From IMG/VR virus record IMGVR_UViG_3300010366_000065, positions 1 to 24,785 of that record: 24,785 bases of DNA; one strand, given 5' to 3'. Position numbers and translations under genes: made by a program. The DNA is from a virus. Its lineage: Duplodnaviria; Caudoviricetes. The notes under the pieces were generated by a model. The model did not search any database, was not told where the DNA came from, and saw nothing but the letters and a program-made list of their open reading frames with translations. This document shows positions 23,764 through 24,785 of the stretch, piece after piece. The first letter of the stretch is position 1, and every line of letters starts with the position of its first letter.

Positions 23764-24068
23764 TTGAAGCCCCCGCGATTGCGCCAGCGGGCAATGGCCC
23801 GGCCAAACTCCGGCCTGGCCCGCATGTGCCTGGTGCCGTATTCCACAAAGCGGGCATATTCGGTGGGGTTACGGACTGCCCGGATGCCTTTCATTCCCCG
23901 TACCGTGGTGACCTGCCAATTGCCAGCCATGGTGCCTGTGTCGCGGGGGGTCCTGGCGGCAACCTCGGCCCTGAGCCTTTCCGCTATCGCGGCAATGCCC
24001 CGGTCAACTGCCTTATATGGGGCTCTGGCGTCCAGAATGCGGTAATCGGTCACCTGGTAATTAGGCAT
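23760..24068 (-). CDS. HK97 gp10-like tail completion / neck protein
   Basis: TPRDTG...YARFVEYGTRHMRARP signature; start ATG 24068 (ATGCCTAA overlap). Confidence 0.88.
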   Translation of the reverse strand: MPNYQVTDYRILDARAPYKAVDRGIAAIAERLRAEVAARTPRDTGTMAGNWQVTTVRGMKGIRAVRNPTEYARFVEYGTRHMRARPEFGRAIARWRNRGGFK

Positions 24069-24441
24069 CGGTGCCCCCCGAGGGCCACGTATCCACCCCA
24101 GTGGCTGTGGCCACCCAGCAGGTAAGGTCCATTCCTGCGGGGTCCTCAATCAGGCGGGCCTGGCTCAGGACCCAGCCCTGGCCCCTGACCACTGCCGCGA
24201 TGCCATCTGCAACTGGCGCGTCAGGCGGCAGGTAAATGACAGCTGCCGCCCCATGGGCAGGGTCATAGGGGCCATGGCCGCCCCCGTCAGCCGCCCCGGC
24301 GTCCGACCGTCCGGGGACCGGCTGCAAATTGCCTGGGCCTTCCCAGACGGGGGCAGCATTATCTGGCAGTGCCCATCCATGGCTGTCACTGCCCCCGCCT
24401 GGATAAAGGGCCACTACATCTGGCGCTAATAGCAGGCTCAC
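24061..24441 (-). CDS. Head-to-tail stopper / head closure protein (putative)
   Basis: D-x-HG...GNLQP...IYLPP...VRG-x-x-W pattern and synteny; start GTG 24441. Confidence 0.7.
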   Translation of the reverse strand: MSLLLAPDVVALYPGGGSDSHGWALPDNAAPVWEGPGNLQPVPGRSDAGAADGGGHGPYDPAHGAAAVIYLPPDAPVADGIAAVVRGQGWVLSQARLIEDPAGMDLTCWVATATGVDTWPSGGTDA

Positions 24442-24785
24442 GGCGCATCTTCCAGGTTGCGCTGCCACCAGTCGAGAGGCAGCAGCTGGCCGCCCGGTGG
24501 GGCCACTTCCAGGGGCACTGAGGCCAGGCCGCCACGCTGCTGGCGAAACCAGTCAGCCCTGGCCATGGCCCAGGCCCAGCGGCCCCCAGGCTGGCTGTAA
24601 GAAACCGTTTGTGCCCCGGTGGACACGGACGCCACAGCTGGGGTCAGGGGCTGCATCAGCGCGAATGCTTCCCACATCATGGCTGCGGCCAGCCATGGGT
24701 CCGTGTCCCACCAGGCATAGGCAATTTCCTGGGCTATTTCCTCGGGCAGCCCGTCATCATTCGGCGGGTCCAGGGGCGGTGCCCA
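24438..24785 (-). CDS. Head-to-tail adaptor (putative), 5' end outside the window
   Basis: Frame open to the window edge (WAPPLDPPNDDGLPEEIAQEIA...); VASVSTGAQTVSY motif; synteny. Confidence 0.65.
   Translation of the reverse strand, partial: WAPPLDPPNDDGLPEEIAQEIAYAWWDTDPWLAAAMMWEAFALMQPLTPAVASVSTGAQTVSYSQPGGRWAWAMARADWFRQQRGGLASVPLEVAPPGGQLLPLDWWQRNLEDAP

Overview
About 25 kb of a high-GC temperate siphovirus (or prophage) of an actinobacterial host, almost all on the minus strand. In transcription order (right to left) it holds: head-tail joining genes, major tail protein, tail chaperones with a -1 frameshift, a tape measure protein with NlpC/P60 and lytic transglycosylase domains, three minor tail genes, and a lysis cassette (acidic peptide, amidase, holin). 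A 2-kb plus-strand island with two tandem divergent Lsr2-like genes sits head-to-head with a GntR wHTH regulator. Next come a run of small genes sharing a repeated start-associated leader and ending in a large serine integrase, a Cro-like gene, RecE/RecT-like recombination genes, a Holliday junction resolvase, a replication initiator with internal iteron-like repeats, small Cys/His-rich genes and a truncated HNH endonuclease. No CI-like repressor, tRNA or CRISPR array was seen. The most notable features are the Lsr2 pair with GntR, the repeated leader/hairpin array upstream of the integrase, several highly structured intergenic segments, and a charge-complementary peptide/endolysin pair. All assignments come from motif recognition by eye; no database searches were run.
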